NCBI GenBank assembly: GCA_034520965.1
Contig: JAXHMY010000001.1
Location: 960,001-1,024,000 of the forward strand
Origin: Spirochaetia bacterium
Lineage (GTDB): Bacteria > Spirochaetota > Spirochaetia > DSM-16054 > Sediminispirochaetaceae
DNA length: 64,000 nt
Reading direction: 5' to 3'
The notes under the pieces were generated by a model that saw nothing but the letters and a program-made list of their open reading frames with translations, searched no databases and had not been told where the DNA came from. The position numbers and the translations under genes are program-made. Shown here one piece after another: positions 49,521 to 58,790 of this stretch. Numbering within the stretch: position 1 is the stretch's first letter; each line of letters opens with the position of its first letter.

Positions 49521-50780
49521 ATGAGCGTACCCATTATTGTAAAAATTCTCGTTTCGCTGGCGCTGATCCTGGTGGGAAATAAGCTGTTTCACAACCTTTC
49601 GGCGGCGGTGGCTCTAGGAACCTTGGTGCTGGCGGTATGGTCGGGCCACGGCCCCGCCGAAATTGCCGGGATTGCCGCCGACCGCTTTTTAAGCCTGGAT
49701 AACGGACTGCTGCTTTTGGTGGTGATTCTGGTGATCTGGCTCTCGAGCCAGATGGACAGTACCGGTATTATGCGGGATTTGGTGGGCAGCCTGCGCGCCT
49801 TTCTCTCGCCCCGCAGTTCAATGGCGGTACTGCCGGCGGTGATCGGCCTGCTGCCGATGCCCGGGGGAGCCCTGTTCTCCGCGCCCCTGGTAGACGACTG
49901 CGATGAGAAGGAGGAGGTTCCGGCGCTGCTGAAATCGCAGATCAACTACTGGTTCCGCCACGTGTGGGAGCTGACCTGGCCCCTGTATCCGGGGGTTATT
50001 CTGGCCACCGACATTGCGGGGCTGCAGGTGTGGCATGTGTTTCTGGTGGGAATTCCGATGATGGCTACCTCGATTGGGGCGGGCTACTTTTTTATTCTGC
50101 GCAAAGCCCGCATCGGCGCCGGCCACACCACCCCCTCGCAGCACCGCTTTCTGCACCTGATGCTGCCGATTTTTACGGTAATCGGAGTCTACATTTTTAT
50201 CATGATCTTCTTTCCCGCGGTGTCGGAGGTGAGTAACTATCTGCCGATGCTGATAGGCATTGCCGCCGCGATTCTGGCGGTGCAGTTTAAACGGCCCCTG
50301 GGATGGGCCGAATGGAGGGGTATTTTTTTCAGCCGCCGGGCCCTGAATATGGGCATCATCGTGGCGCTTATTCGCATTTACGGGGCCTTTATCGAGACCC
50401 GTCTGCCCGGCGGGACCATGCTGATGGAGCAGATGCGAATGGAACTGAATACCCTGGGCATTCCCCTGATACTGCTGCTAATGCTGATGCCCTTTATCAG
50501 CGGCATGACCACCGGTATTTCGGTGGGTTTTGTCGGGGCCAGTTTGCCGATTGCTTTTTCGCTGCTGAGCCCGGATGCGGGGCTGGCCGAGCGGCTGGGC
50601 ACGCTGATGCTTACCTACCCCTTCGGCTTTATCGGGGTGATGCTCTCGCCGGTGCACGTCTGTTTTATCGTCACCAGCGAGCACTTCAAAACCAGCCTGG
50701 TAAAGAGTATGGGCCGGCTGCTGGCACCCTCGGCGGTGGTACTGGCCGTCTCCTTTGCAATCGGACTGCTGCTGTTGTAA
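49521..50780 (+). CDS. DUF401-like integral membrane transporter
   Basis: About 11-12 TM, 'IGLLPMPGGALFSAP', 'INYWFRHVWE', 'MLSPVHVC'. Confidence 0.82.
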   Translation: MSVPIIVKILVSLALILVGNKLFHNLSAAVALGTLVLAVWSGHGPAEIAGIAADRFLSLDNGLLLLVVILVIWLSSQMDSTGIMRDLVGSLRAFLSPRSSMAVLPAVIGLLPMPGGALFSAPLVDDCDEKEEVPALLKSQINYWFRHVWELTWPLYPGVILATDIAGLQVWHVFLVGIPMMATSIGAGYFFILRKARIGAGHTTPSQHRFLHLMLPIFTVIGVYIFIMIFFPAVSEVSNYLPMLIGIAAAILAVQFKRPLGWAEWRGIFFSRRALNMGIIVALIRIYGAFIETRLPGGTMLMEQMRMELNTLGIPLILLLMLMPFISGMTTGISVGFVGASLPIAFSLLSPDAGLAERLGTLMLTYPFGFIGVMLSPVHVCFIVTSEHFKTSLVKSMGRLLAPSAVVLAVSFAIGLLLL

Positions 50781-50808
50781 ATTGTTAGAGTAAAGAGGGA
50801 GGGGGAAT

Positions 50809-51237
50809 ATGCACAACAAAAAACCGAACGGCGACGCCAACGACACCGAGATGATTCAGGACCTAAAGGAGAAGCGGGAGGATATCCTAAGAGAGATTCA
50901 GGAGTACAACCAGGAGCGGGAGCAGATAAAATCGATGCTGGGCAGTGTGGGTGGAGAGAGGTACTCGAAAACCGACAAGATTATCAATATTTTCTTTGTG
51001 CTGCTGATCATCGGGTTTATCATTCTGGAAATAACCACCGACTTTCTCCCGCCCTACATTTCTCTGGAAATAGGGGTGCTGCTGGTCTCGATTAAGATTA
51101 TCTGGATGATCCACTCGCAGCACAAGTTCAACCACTTTCAGTTCTGGATTCTCAACTCTTTGGAGTTTCGGATGAACAATATGTATTCGCGAATCAAGAA
51201 GATTGAACGGATGCTTAGCTCGCAGGACGAGAAATAG
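50809..51237 (+). CDS. Hypothetical 2-TM protein with coiled-coil ends
   Basis: Strong RBS, 'LEIGVLLVSIK', 'NHFQFWILNSLEFR'. Confidence 0.78.
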   Translation: MHNKKPNGDANDTEMIQDLKEKREDILREIQEYNQEREQIKSMLGSVGGERYSKTDKIINIFFVLLIIGFIILEITTDFLPPYISLEIGVLLVSIKIIWMIHSQHKFNHFQFWILNSLEFRMNNMYSRIKKIERMLSSQDEK

Positions 51238-51260
51238 CCGACTGCAACTAAATGCAGCCG

Positions 51261-51402
51261 CAGCAATTCTCATTTTGGATAGTGTAATTACACTATCCAA
51301 AATGAGAATGCCTCCAAAAGTTAAGATATATAAAAATTTGCAAAGAATTTGATGCGAATTCTCAATTTGGAAGTCAGAAGACTTCCAAATTGAGAATCGC
51401 TG
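51261..51402 (+). mobile_element. Full-length double-hairpin MITE (142 bp) with 9-bp target duplication
   Basis: Ends CAGCAATTCT / AGAATCGCTG. ATGCAGCCG at both 51252-51260 and 51403-51411. Confidence 0.88.
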
Positions 51403-51481
51403 ATGCAGCCGGCTCTGTAAGATGCCGAGGGGGCGGAAAGCCTGCCCGTGGGCGGGCCGCTGCCCCTGAACACTTGGGCGC

Positions 51482-52192
51482 TTATTCCTCTTGCACGACC
51501 GGGTTGCGGAGTGTCCCTATTTTTTCAATTTCAATTTCCACCACATCCCCATGATGAATCCTCCCAACCCCTTTGGGGGTGCCCGTGGCGATGAGGTCGC
51601 CGGGCTGCAGGGTGAAATGGCGGGAGACAAAGGCGATGATCTGTGGCACGGGAAAGATCATTTGGTCGGTGTTGGCGTCCTGGACGGTCTCGCCGTTGAG
51701 GCGGCAGGAGATGTCGAGTTTCTGGACGTCGCCGATGTCCTGCTGGAGTACCACCTGGGGGCCGACGGGGCCGAAGGTGTCGAGGGATTTGCCGCGGAAC
51801 CAGCCCGATTTGTCTGTGGTTTGAAAGTTGCGCTGGCTGACGTCGTTCATGCAGGTGTAGCCGTAGATGTGGTCGAAGGCTTCGGCTTCGGGGACGTTTT
51901 TGCAGGTGTCCTTGATGATGATGCACAGCTCCGCCTCGTAGTCGTTGCGCAGGTCCTCGAAGTTGTAGTCCTTTAGGTAGGCGGGGATGACGATAGGCTC
52001 GCCGGGACCGATGAGCACGTTGGGGGTTTTGGGAAAGAGCACCGGCTCGGTGGGCCGCTCCAGGGCCAGGTTCTTGGTGTTCAAAAACACGCTCTCCTTG
52101 ACATGCTCGTCGTAATTCAGACCCAGGGCGATTATCTTGCTGGGATTAACTGTATATTTTTCTTTACTCCCGGAAATGGGCAGTTCAATCAT
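51482..52192 (-). CDS. Fumarylacetoacetate hydrolase family protein
   Basis: 'KIIALGLNYDEH', 'DYEAEL', 'NDVSQR', 'GKSLDTFGPVGP', 'ATGTPKGVG'. Confidence 0.94.
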   Translation of the reverse strand: MIELPISGSKEKYTVNPSKIIALGLNYDEHVKESVFLNTKNLALERPTEPVLFPKTPNVLIGPGEPIVIPAYLKDYNFEDLRNDYEAELCIIIKDTCKNVPEAEAFDHIYGYTCMNDVSQRNFQTTDKSGWFRGKSLDTFGPVGPQVVLQQDIGDVQKLDISCRLNGETVQDANTDQMIFPVPQIIAFVSRHFTLQPGDLIATGTPKGVGRIHHGDVVEIEIEKIGTLRNPVVQEE

Positions 52193-52347
52193 GTGATTCT
52201 CCTTTGTGTAGTGTCCGTTGTGTATTCTCAGTGCCGGCGGGCTGCAAGCCCGGCCGCCTGCCCCTGAGTATAAAGGGTTTTGAAGGGTGAAGACAAGAGA
52301 TGCTTACAGCTTCCGTTGTGCCTTCCGTTGTGCCTTGCCTGCCGTTT

Positions 52348-53673
52348 TTACCCCAGTTCGAGCCGGCGGGCGCGGTACACGAGGTAGGCAATTTCAAAAA
52401 ACTGGGACAGGGTGAAGGCCAGGGCGGCAATGACAACCCCGGGCAGCCCCACTATTTTCGGCAGCAGAATCACCATGGCTGTGAGGGTGGCGGTGTTCAG
52501 AAAGACCGCCCGGGCGATGTACTTGGTTTTTCCCGAATAGATAAGCAGCCCCCGGTACCAGGACAGAAAGGCCCCCAGCACCGGCACCAGGGTGACGATA
52601 AGGGCGGGAACGTAGGTTAAGCTCAGCAGATCCGCCTCGAGGCCGGCCACGTGCTTGAACCACAGCCGGCCGGTGGGGGCAAAGACAAACAGAAAAAACA
52701 GCAGCCCCGTGCCCAGGGACAGGCGCCGGGCAAAACGGCGCAGCGGGGCCACATGGCCGGCCTCTTTCAGCAGGGCCACCGCCACCTCCTGAAAAGAGAG
52801 GGCCAGCGAGCGGAACAGAAACATCACGCTCAGTACCACCGGCCAGACGGCCAGGGACTCCAGGGGAAAGGCGGCCCGGGCGATGCCGTAGTTGAGTATG
52901 GGCCGGGCTAAGAAGGTAATGACGCTGGTCAGCAGCAGGGGGTAGTAGAAGGTCAGCAGGTAGTACCAGGAAAAGCGCTTCTCCGGCGCCTCATCCTCCA
53001 GGCTCCGCAGTACCGGCCGGGCGAACATGTAGGCGGCGCTCATGCCGGCGGTAACCCCGGCAATTAGGGCCACCGCTCCCAGGTTGGCCCCGGCAAGGTC
53101 GGTGAAGGCGTGGCCGAGGAACAGGGTACTCATGGTTACGGCCAGGCGGATAAACATGGTGTAGCTGATCTCTTTGGTCCGTCCGTAACGGATAAGAATT
53201 CCCTGGTACAGCCTTCGGTAGCCGATGGTGCCGGCCCAGGGAATCATGATCAAAAACGAGCTTTGGGCCAGGCCGATAATCTCCTCGGGAATTCCCAGCA
53301 CCCGCCGCAGCAGTAGGGTGTACAGGGGGGTGAGGGCCAGAATCAGGTGGACGGCGGTGAGGCCTGCGGCCATAAAGTGCATAAAGCGCAGCAGTTTGCG
53401 GTAGTTGGTTTTTCCGTCGGTAAGGGCGGTGGCGGCGGAGAGCATCTGAATGATGGGGCTTTCGATAATCAGCGATATCGAGAGGGTTATTCCGTAGGCG
53501 GCCAGGTTTAGTTTGGCATTGGCCAGGCGGGCGATTACGGCATTGATGCCCGGCTGCTCGATGGCCATAAAAACCCACATGGCCGCCAGGGGCACCCACA
53601 GAAAGAAAATGCGCTTTTGATTTAATTCAGTCGGTATCTGCGAAACCGACCCGGTATGAGTATTTTGATCCAT
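52348..53673 (-). CDS. MOP/MATE-superfamily exporter, ANKH-like
   Basis: About 12 TM in two homologous halves ('WVPLAA..' and 'YYPLLL..'), 'LAAYG', 'YQGILI'. Confidence 0.75.
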   Translation of the reverse strand: MDQNTHTGSVSQIPTELNQKRIFFLWVPLAAMWVFMAIEQPGINAVIARLANAKLNLAAYGITLSISLIIESPIIQMLSAATALTDGKTNYRKLLRFMHFMAAGLTAVHLILALTPLYTLLLRRVLGIPEEIIGLAQSSFLIMIPWAGTIGYRRLYQGILIRYGRTKEISYTMFIRLAVTMSTLFLGHAFTDLAGANLGAVALIAGVTAGMSAAYMFARPVLRSLEDEAPEKRFSWYYLLTFYYPLLLTSVITFLARPILNYGIARAAFPLESLAVWPVVLSVMFLFRSLALSFQEVAVALLKEAGHVAPLRRFARRLSLGTGLLFFLFVFAPTGRLWFKHVAGLEADLLSLTYVPALIVTLVPVLGAFLSWYRGLLIYSGKTKYIARAVFLNTATLTAMVILLPKIVGLPGVVIAALAFTLSQFFEIAYLVYRARRLELG

Positions 53674-53775
53674 TTGATCTCCGCTATATTAGTTCTGATA
53701 ATTTAGGGGACATCAAAAAAATACAACAAAAATGACGGTGTGCCCAGTTGTAAAGCCGAAAAATTGACAATTCCT

Positions 53776-53901
53776 TCAGATTCTTTCGAAGTAGCGCTTC
53801 AGTTCCCACTCGCCTACCACCTTTGCATACTCTCCGGCTTCAAGCCGGGCCTGATGCACGTAATGCTCGACTACCTGCTCGCCGAAGATATGGCGGGCGG
53901 T
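53776..53901 (-). pseudogene. C-terminal remnant of a glutamine synthetase-like (gamma-glutamyl ligase) gene
   Basis: Reads TARHIFGEQVVEHYVHQARLEAGEYAKVVGEWELKRYFERI*. Confidence 0.72.
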
Positions 53902-53986
53902 ATATGTCCTTTCACAATACTACAAAAGTTATTATAATGCTGTATCAGCAATTCGCAAGCCAATACATCATCTCCGGAGAAAAAAT

Positions 53987-54253
53987 ATGTCTATAAAAGA
54001 CTGGCAAAACCAAAAGTATAACGAGGCCTTTACCGATGCACTGCACCAAATTCAGCATCTGCGCGAGATTGATCCGACCTTTACTATAGATTCCCTGAAA
54101 CAGCTGTTAGAGACTGCGTATGTGCATGAGGGCAACAACATGACCGGCCGCGGTGCGGTAGGCGATGTTGAGCACGAGGCCCGAATTGCCGCCTACCAGC
54201 AGATTTTGACCAAGTGGGAAACTGAGCAGGAGCCCGGCTCACACAGCGGTTAG
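53987..54253 (+). CDS. Small hypothetical protein
   Basis: RBS GGAG, upstream TATAAT, coherent 88-aa ORF. Confidence 0.65.
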   Translation: MSIKDWQNQKYNEAFTDALHQIQHLREIDPTFTIDSLKQLLETAYVHEGNNMTGRGAVGDVEHEARIAAYQQILTKWETEQEPGSHSG

Positions 54254-55374
54254 ACGAGTTGCAGCTGGGCCAGCCAGTCCGACAAGCGGCGAATCTGGAT
54301 ACCCTTGGGATAGGTTTTTTCTCTGGTGATGTTTTTTACCAGTTGTAGTTTCACAGCCTCCGGAAACAAGTCTCCGAAGTGTTCCAGAGGCTTATGGAGC
54401 GAAGAATCACCGGTTTTTACTTCAATCAGATAGCGAACATCGTCCTCGATCACCACCGCGAAGTCGACCTCTTTGCCTTCCTTTGTGCGCAGGAAATGCA
54501 GTGCCGTTGAATAGCCCTGGGTATCTTCTATTCTGTGCAGCTCTTTCAGCAGCGCACAGGCAACTATATTCTCGATTTGCGCTCCTTCTCCGGATGAAAC
54601 CTGGGCGGTATCGAAAAAGTAGTATTTAGGTTCTTTGCGTAGAGATCGACTGATTCTGTGTGAATACGGGCGAACCGGAAAGAGGACATAGAGTGTCTCG
54701 AGATGTTGAATCCACTGTTTTACTGTTTTCGGATCCCGGCTGATATCGCGGGCCAAAGAGGAATACGATACAGTGCTTCCGACTCTGCGCCGCAGGAGTT
54801 CGATAAGGGTTTCGATCGACATTATATCCGTAACAGACTCGAGGTCCAGCAGATCCTGGCGTAAAATGGTATCGGTATGACTCCGTTTCCAGCGCCGGTA
54901 GAAAGTATCATCGTTCTGCAGGAAAGGTTCGGGAAAACCACCAACCCGGAGCATTCTTTCCAGCGCGTCCTCCGGGGCAATGATGGAGCTGACCTCTTTG
55001 AGGTCGAAAGGGTGCAGGCGATATAAAAAGTGCCTCCCGGCTAGTGAATCGCCGGCTTTACCGGCGGTACTAAGATTTGCGCTCCCCGTAACCAAGTAGC
55101 GAGGAGGAATCCCTTCTACATCATACACACCTTTTATCCAGCTCTTCCATTTGGGCATTTTGTGAATCTCATCAAAAATAACAAGATCTTTCTTCCTATC
55201 CCATGACATCTCCAATAAATCGGCCCTGTGTTCGGGATAATCATAGTTAAAATACTCATACTCCTCGGTAACCATTTTTGACAGGGTGGTTTTACCACTC
55301 TGTCTGGGGCCGGAGAGTAAAATGATTTTCTGTTCAAGGTCCTGCCGGATATTCGGTAATAAGCTTCGCTTCAT
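54250..55374 (-). CDS. AAA_14 ATPase with DUF4143 C-terminal domain
   Basis: 'SGPRQSGKTT', 'FDEIH', 'VTGSA', 'SLAGR', 'GGFPE', 'PKYYFFD', 'EVDF...IEVK'. Confidence 0.92.
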   Translation of the reverse strand: MKRSLLPNIRQDLEQKIILLSGPRQSGKTTLSKMVTEEYEYFNYDYPEHRADLLEMSWDRKKDLVIFDEIHKMPKWKSWIKGVYDVEGIPPRYLVTGSANLSTAGKAGDSLAGRHFLYRLHPFDLKEVSSIIAPEDALERMLRVGGFPEPFLQNDDTFYRRWKRSHTDTILRQDLLDLESVTDIMSIETLIELLRRRVGSTVSYSSLARDISRDPKTVKQWIQHLETLYVLFPVRPYSHRISRSLRKEPKYYFFDTAQVSSGEGAQIENIVACALLKELHRIEDTQGYSTALHFLRTKEGKEVDFAVVIEDDVRYLIEVKTGDSSLHKPLEHFGDLFPEAVKLQLVKNITREKTYPKGIQIRRLSDWLAQLQLV

Positions 55375-55389
55375 ACGACCATTTTAGCG

Positions 55390-55443
55390 TATATTCCCGA
55401 ATAGTCAAGACTTTTTTGATTTATACTCCCGAATAGTCAAGAC
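55390..55443. repeat. 22-bp direct repeat pair overlapping the ATPase promoter
   Basis: TATATTCCCGAATAGTCAAGAC (55390-55411) and TATACTCCCGAATAGTCAAGAC (55422-55443). Confidence 0.85.
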
Positions 55444-56864
55444 AACTTCTGTACATACGCCTCTATATCGAACTTGCGCTTGAGTCCGTTGGCGTTCATG
55501 TAGCGGGTTTTGCCGAAGACCGGCCGCTCCGACCAGGCGCGGTCGTGCAGGCCGAAACACCAGCCTACCCCGGCATAGCCGTTGGCATCCCGGCCGTCCA
55601 AGAAATATTTGTTGTTGAGGTAGAGTGCCCGCTCGTAGGCCTTTCGCGGTGTGGGCGACCACTCCAAAATCTTCTTTCCCCAATACATACGCATGTAGCC
55701 GTGCATTTTCCCGTAAACCCGCATTTCGGTCTGGGCGGCGTTCCAGTAGGGGTCGTGGGTTTCAGCGGCCTCTAGCTGGGGCAGGCTGTAGAGGTAATCC
55801 CGGCGGTCCACCTCATGCTCGGCGAGGGTGGTCTGGGCCCAGTTCGGCAGGCAGTTGTAGTTGTCGTAGTCCTGGTTGTAAAAGACAAAGTTCATTGCCA
55901 GCTCGCGGCGGACTATTAGCTCCTCCAGAAAGGCGGCCGCCCCCTCGCCAAGGGCGGGAGACTTGCTGCCTGTTTCGCCACCTTTTCCGGTGTCTGTCGC
56001 ACCCTCCGCGCCGGCGGCAGCCCGTACCTGCAGGGCAATATACAGGGGCGATATCTGGCCAAAGTGGAGGTAGGGGCTTAGGTGGGACAGGTAGTTGCGG
56101 GAGGGGTCGTTGCGCAGTTCGTGAAACTGATCTATTTTGCCGGCCAAGAACTCTTCCAGCCGCCGCAGGGCGGCGGTGGTGCCCCCTTCTATCCACTCGA
56201 CCGGCCCCACCGTCTGATCCGTTTTAAGGTCCCCTTCAAGGCTGCGTAAGTCGCGGTCCTGAGAAACAAACTTACATTTAAAAGAAGAAGCATCCAAATC
56301 AATACCCAGACTCGGCCGATCTAAGGGGGTTTCCGGCAGGTCTATCAAAAATCGTTCCAGCAGGGCGTGTAGTTTGGGGCGCAGAATGCCGGCGGTATAG
56401 GCCTGCTTGGGGTAGGCGGCTTCAACCGGAACAAGCACATCCGACTCGACCTGCAGGCAGGGACAGTCTACCCGGCGGGAGATATCCGCCCGCCACTGAC
56501 GCTGAAGACGCAGATAACCGCGATCGCAGACCAACAGCGCCGCCTGACGGGCAACTTCCGGCACACAGGTAAGCGGCTCGCCCCGCAGGAGCAGCAGCCG
56601 AATACCACGTTTAGCCAGCCTCGTGCGGGTATCCTCCAGCCCCTCCAGCAAAAACCGATAGTGCCGCAGATTGGCCTCGGGATAGCTGTCGGTGAGTACA
56701 TACAGCACCAGCAGTGGAAGTTTCAGAGAGTTTGCCTTCTCCACGGCCAGCTCCAGGGCATGGTTGTAGTGGGCCCGGGCGCTCTGCTGCATCCAGTACA
56801 GTACGTAGGACCCGGTGTGTGAGGGGGCGTTGTTGAGGTTTTGTATGCGTTCAGCTTGTATCAT
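55437..56864 (-). CDS. phrB: Class II CPD photolyase
   Basis: 'YVLYWMQ', 'SHLSPYLHFGQIS', 'EELIVRRELA', 'GKMHGYMRMYWGKKILEW', 'LDGRDANG'. Confidence 0.96.
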   Translation of the reverse strand: MIQAERIQNLNNAPSHTGSYVLYWMQQSARAHYNHALELAVEKANSLKLPLLVLYVLTDSYPEANLRHYRFLLEGLEDTRTRLAKRGIRLLLLRGEPLTCVPEVARQAALLVCDRGYLRLQRQWRADISRRVDCPCLQVESDVLVPVEAAYPKQAYTAGILRPKLHALLERFLIDLPETPLDRPSLGIDLDASSFKCKFVSQDRDLRSLEGDLKTDQTVGPVEWIEGGTTAALRRLEEFLAGKIDQFHELRNDPSRNYLSHLSPYLHFGQISPLYIALQVRAAAGAEGATDTGKGGETGSKSPALGEGAAAFLEELIVRRELAMNFVFYNQDYDNYNCLPNWAQTTLAEHEVDRRDYLYSLPQLEAAETHDPYWNAAQTEMRVYGKMHGYMRMYWGKKILEWSPTPRKAYERALYLNNKYFLDGRDANGYAGVGWCFGLHDRAWSERPVFGKTRYMNANGLKRKFDIEAYVQKLS

Positions 56865-56910
56865 TTTTTCACCTTTTATCATTGATTCATCACAATTTTA
56901 TGACTATTAA

Positions 56911-56936
56911 GAAAATAGCCGTATCCGGCTATTTTC
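56911..56936. repeat. 26-bp palindrome, second copy
   Basis: GAAAATAGCCG-TATC-CGGCTATTTTC, followed by a second hairpin GTTTCG..TGCCGC-tac-GCGGCA..CGAAAC. Confidence 0.72.
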
Positions 56937-57047
56937 GTCGTTTCGGTTGCCGCTACGCGGCATGCGAAACTAATTTATCCAAAATATTTTTTTTGTCGAC
57001 TTATATATTGGACGTTGCCGAAAAAATTTGTAATACTGTAAATAGTA

Positions 57048-57224
57048 ATGAGTAGTGAAATGGAATACAAGCAGGTGGTGGCTGAGGGTGTTGAAACAAA
57101 AGCACAGGTCGAGTATCTTAAAGCCGTAGGATGTGATTACATCCAGGGTTATTACTACAGCAAGCCTTTTCCGCTCACAGAACTGATTACACGCATAGAT
57201 TCGAACTACCTACTGCTCAACTAA
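57048..57224 (+). pseudogene. C-terminal fragment of an EAL phosphodiesterase domain
   Basis: MSSEMEYKQVVAEGVETKAQVEYLKAVGCDYIQGYYYSKPFP...*. Confidence 0.8.
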
Positions 57225-57259
57225 ACCCGGAAAGACCAAAAAATATAGGGATTGATAGT

Positions 57260-58754
57260 ATGTCGATTGATTTACAAGAGAAAACAGAAAAACTCATACG
57301 GATATTTAGCGAGTGGCTTGGCGGGGAGAACGCCTTTTCCACCAAGCCCGTTCGCTGCACCATCAACGGGATCACCCCGGCCACCTATTTTATCTCTGTG
57401 CTCAAAGTACACGACCAAGAGTATTTTGTGCAGGAGATCTTCTCGTCGGAGGTGCGGGGGCAAATTGTGTATCGCTCATGGACCTTCCGCAAGGAGTCGC
57501 ACTGGTTTGTAGCTGCCCTGGAACACTTCAGCAAGGCAGTGGCTTACAATGTTATTCGTCCGCAGATGGACGATTTTGAGCGCAGGCTGGAAATTTTGAT
57601 GACCCTGCGCTCACGCAGCGGCCCGTACTTTGTCGAAACCGCAGCCTCAGCCCCCTCGCATCTTTCAATCGAGATTCCCAACGACAGCGAACTGCAGCGT
57701 ACGGGCCTTTTTTCCCGTTTCACCCGCTCCTTTGCCCGACACTCAGTTGCATATACTGCAGTGGCCATGGCATCAGGATTCCTTCTGCTTATCGGAGTAC
57801 ATATTCTACGGGTTGAGAGCTTGGAACGAACAATGAGCACCTCCCTGCGTGAGTACAGCTCGCAGATGGACCATCAGGTGCAGAATTTTATCTCCAGCAC
57901 CGAGGATGAGATTCACTCGCTTATTAATAACCTGGACGAGAACCGTAAGGACTTCAATTTCGACCGTCAAAACTCCTATGTGACGGTAAAACGTATGGCC
58001 GAGGAGCTTGCCGGCTATCTTCCGGCCCGTAAAAAAGCCTATAACCTGATTGCCGAAAACATTAAACAAGCCACTACCTACAGCGAGGTGTTTTACGAAA
58101 TGAGCCGGCTACCCACCGAGGAGTATCAGGCCCGCATATTTCTGGCCACCAACCGCCAGGCGGTAATCCCTCTTTCGAATTTCAAGACTGCCTTTGAAGG
58201 GATGCTCCACCCGGTAAAAATTGATGACGAGAAAAACGACGGCCGGGGGTTTCGCATAACCGACGGGTATATACGCAGCCGGGAAGACCCGGTAGGCACC
58301 GGGGGTGTTACCCCCCACTTTGCCGTCGATATTATCAATGTCAGTAATATCTCGTATGTGAACCAGGCCGGAGAAATTATTCGCGAGGGTAAACCGGCGG
58401 GCGATGTGGTGGCCGCATTTGAGGGAACCGTAGTGGACGTTGGGCTTTAATAACCGCTACGGCTGGTTCGTAGAGGTCGAGCACCCAATGACCGAGGCTG
58501 TACAGAGCAGGTTTTCGGATGCCCAAAAATGGAGCACCTATTACGCCCACCTCGACGAGCAGCCACAATTAGAGCCGGGGGACAGGCTTGAAGCAAACGA
58601 GTTTGTCGGGCCAATCGGCGATTCAGGCAAGTCTACAGGACCCCACCTGCACTTTGAAGTGCGCGTATACCGTCCGGGAGGCCGCTACAATAAGAACCTG
58701 CAGAACTACGATAAAATAAACCCCTATCCGGAAGAACTAACTTTAAGACAGTAA
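57260..58754 (+). CDS. Membrane-anchored M23 family metallopeptidase (frameshift near 58445)
   Basis: N-terminal domain, TM, coiled coil, 'HFAVDI', 'YYAHL', 'STGPHLHFEV'. Confidence 0.85.
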
Positions 58755-58790
58755 GCCTCCGGAGTAGATGAGCGGCTGAAGGACCGGGTT

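Noticed and set aside
52310..52336. 12-bp tandem duplication CTTCCGTTGTGC
   Set aside because: Two copies in an intergenic region, with no evidence of function.
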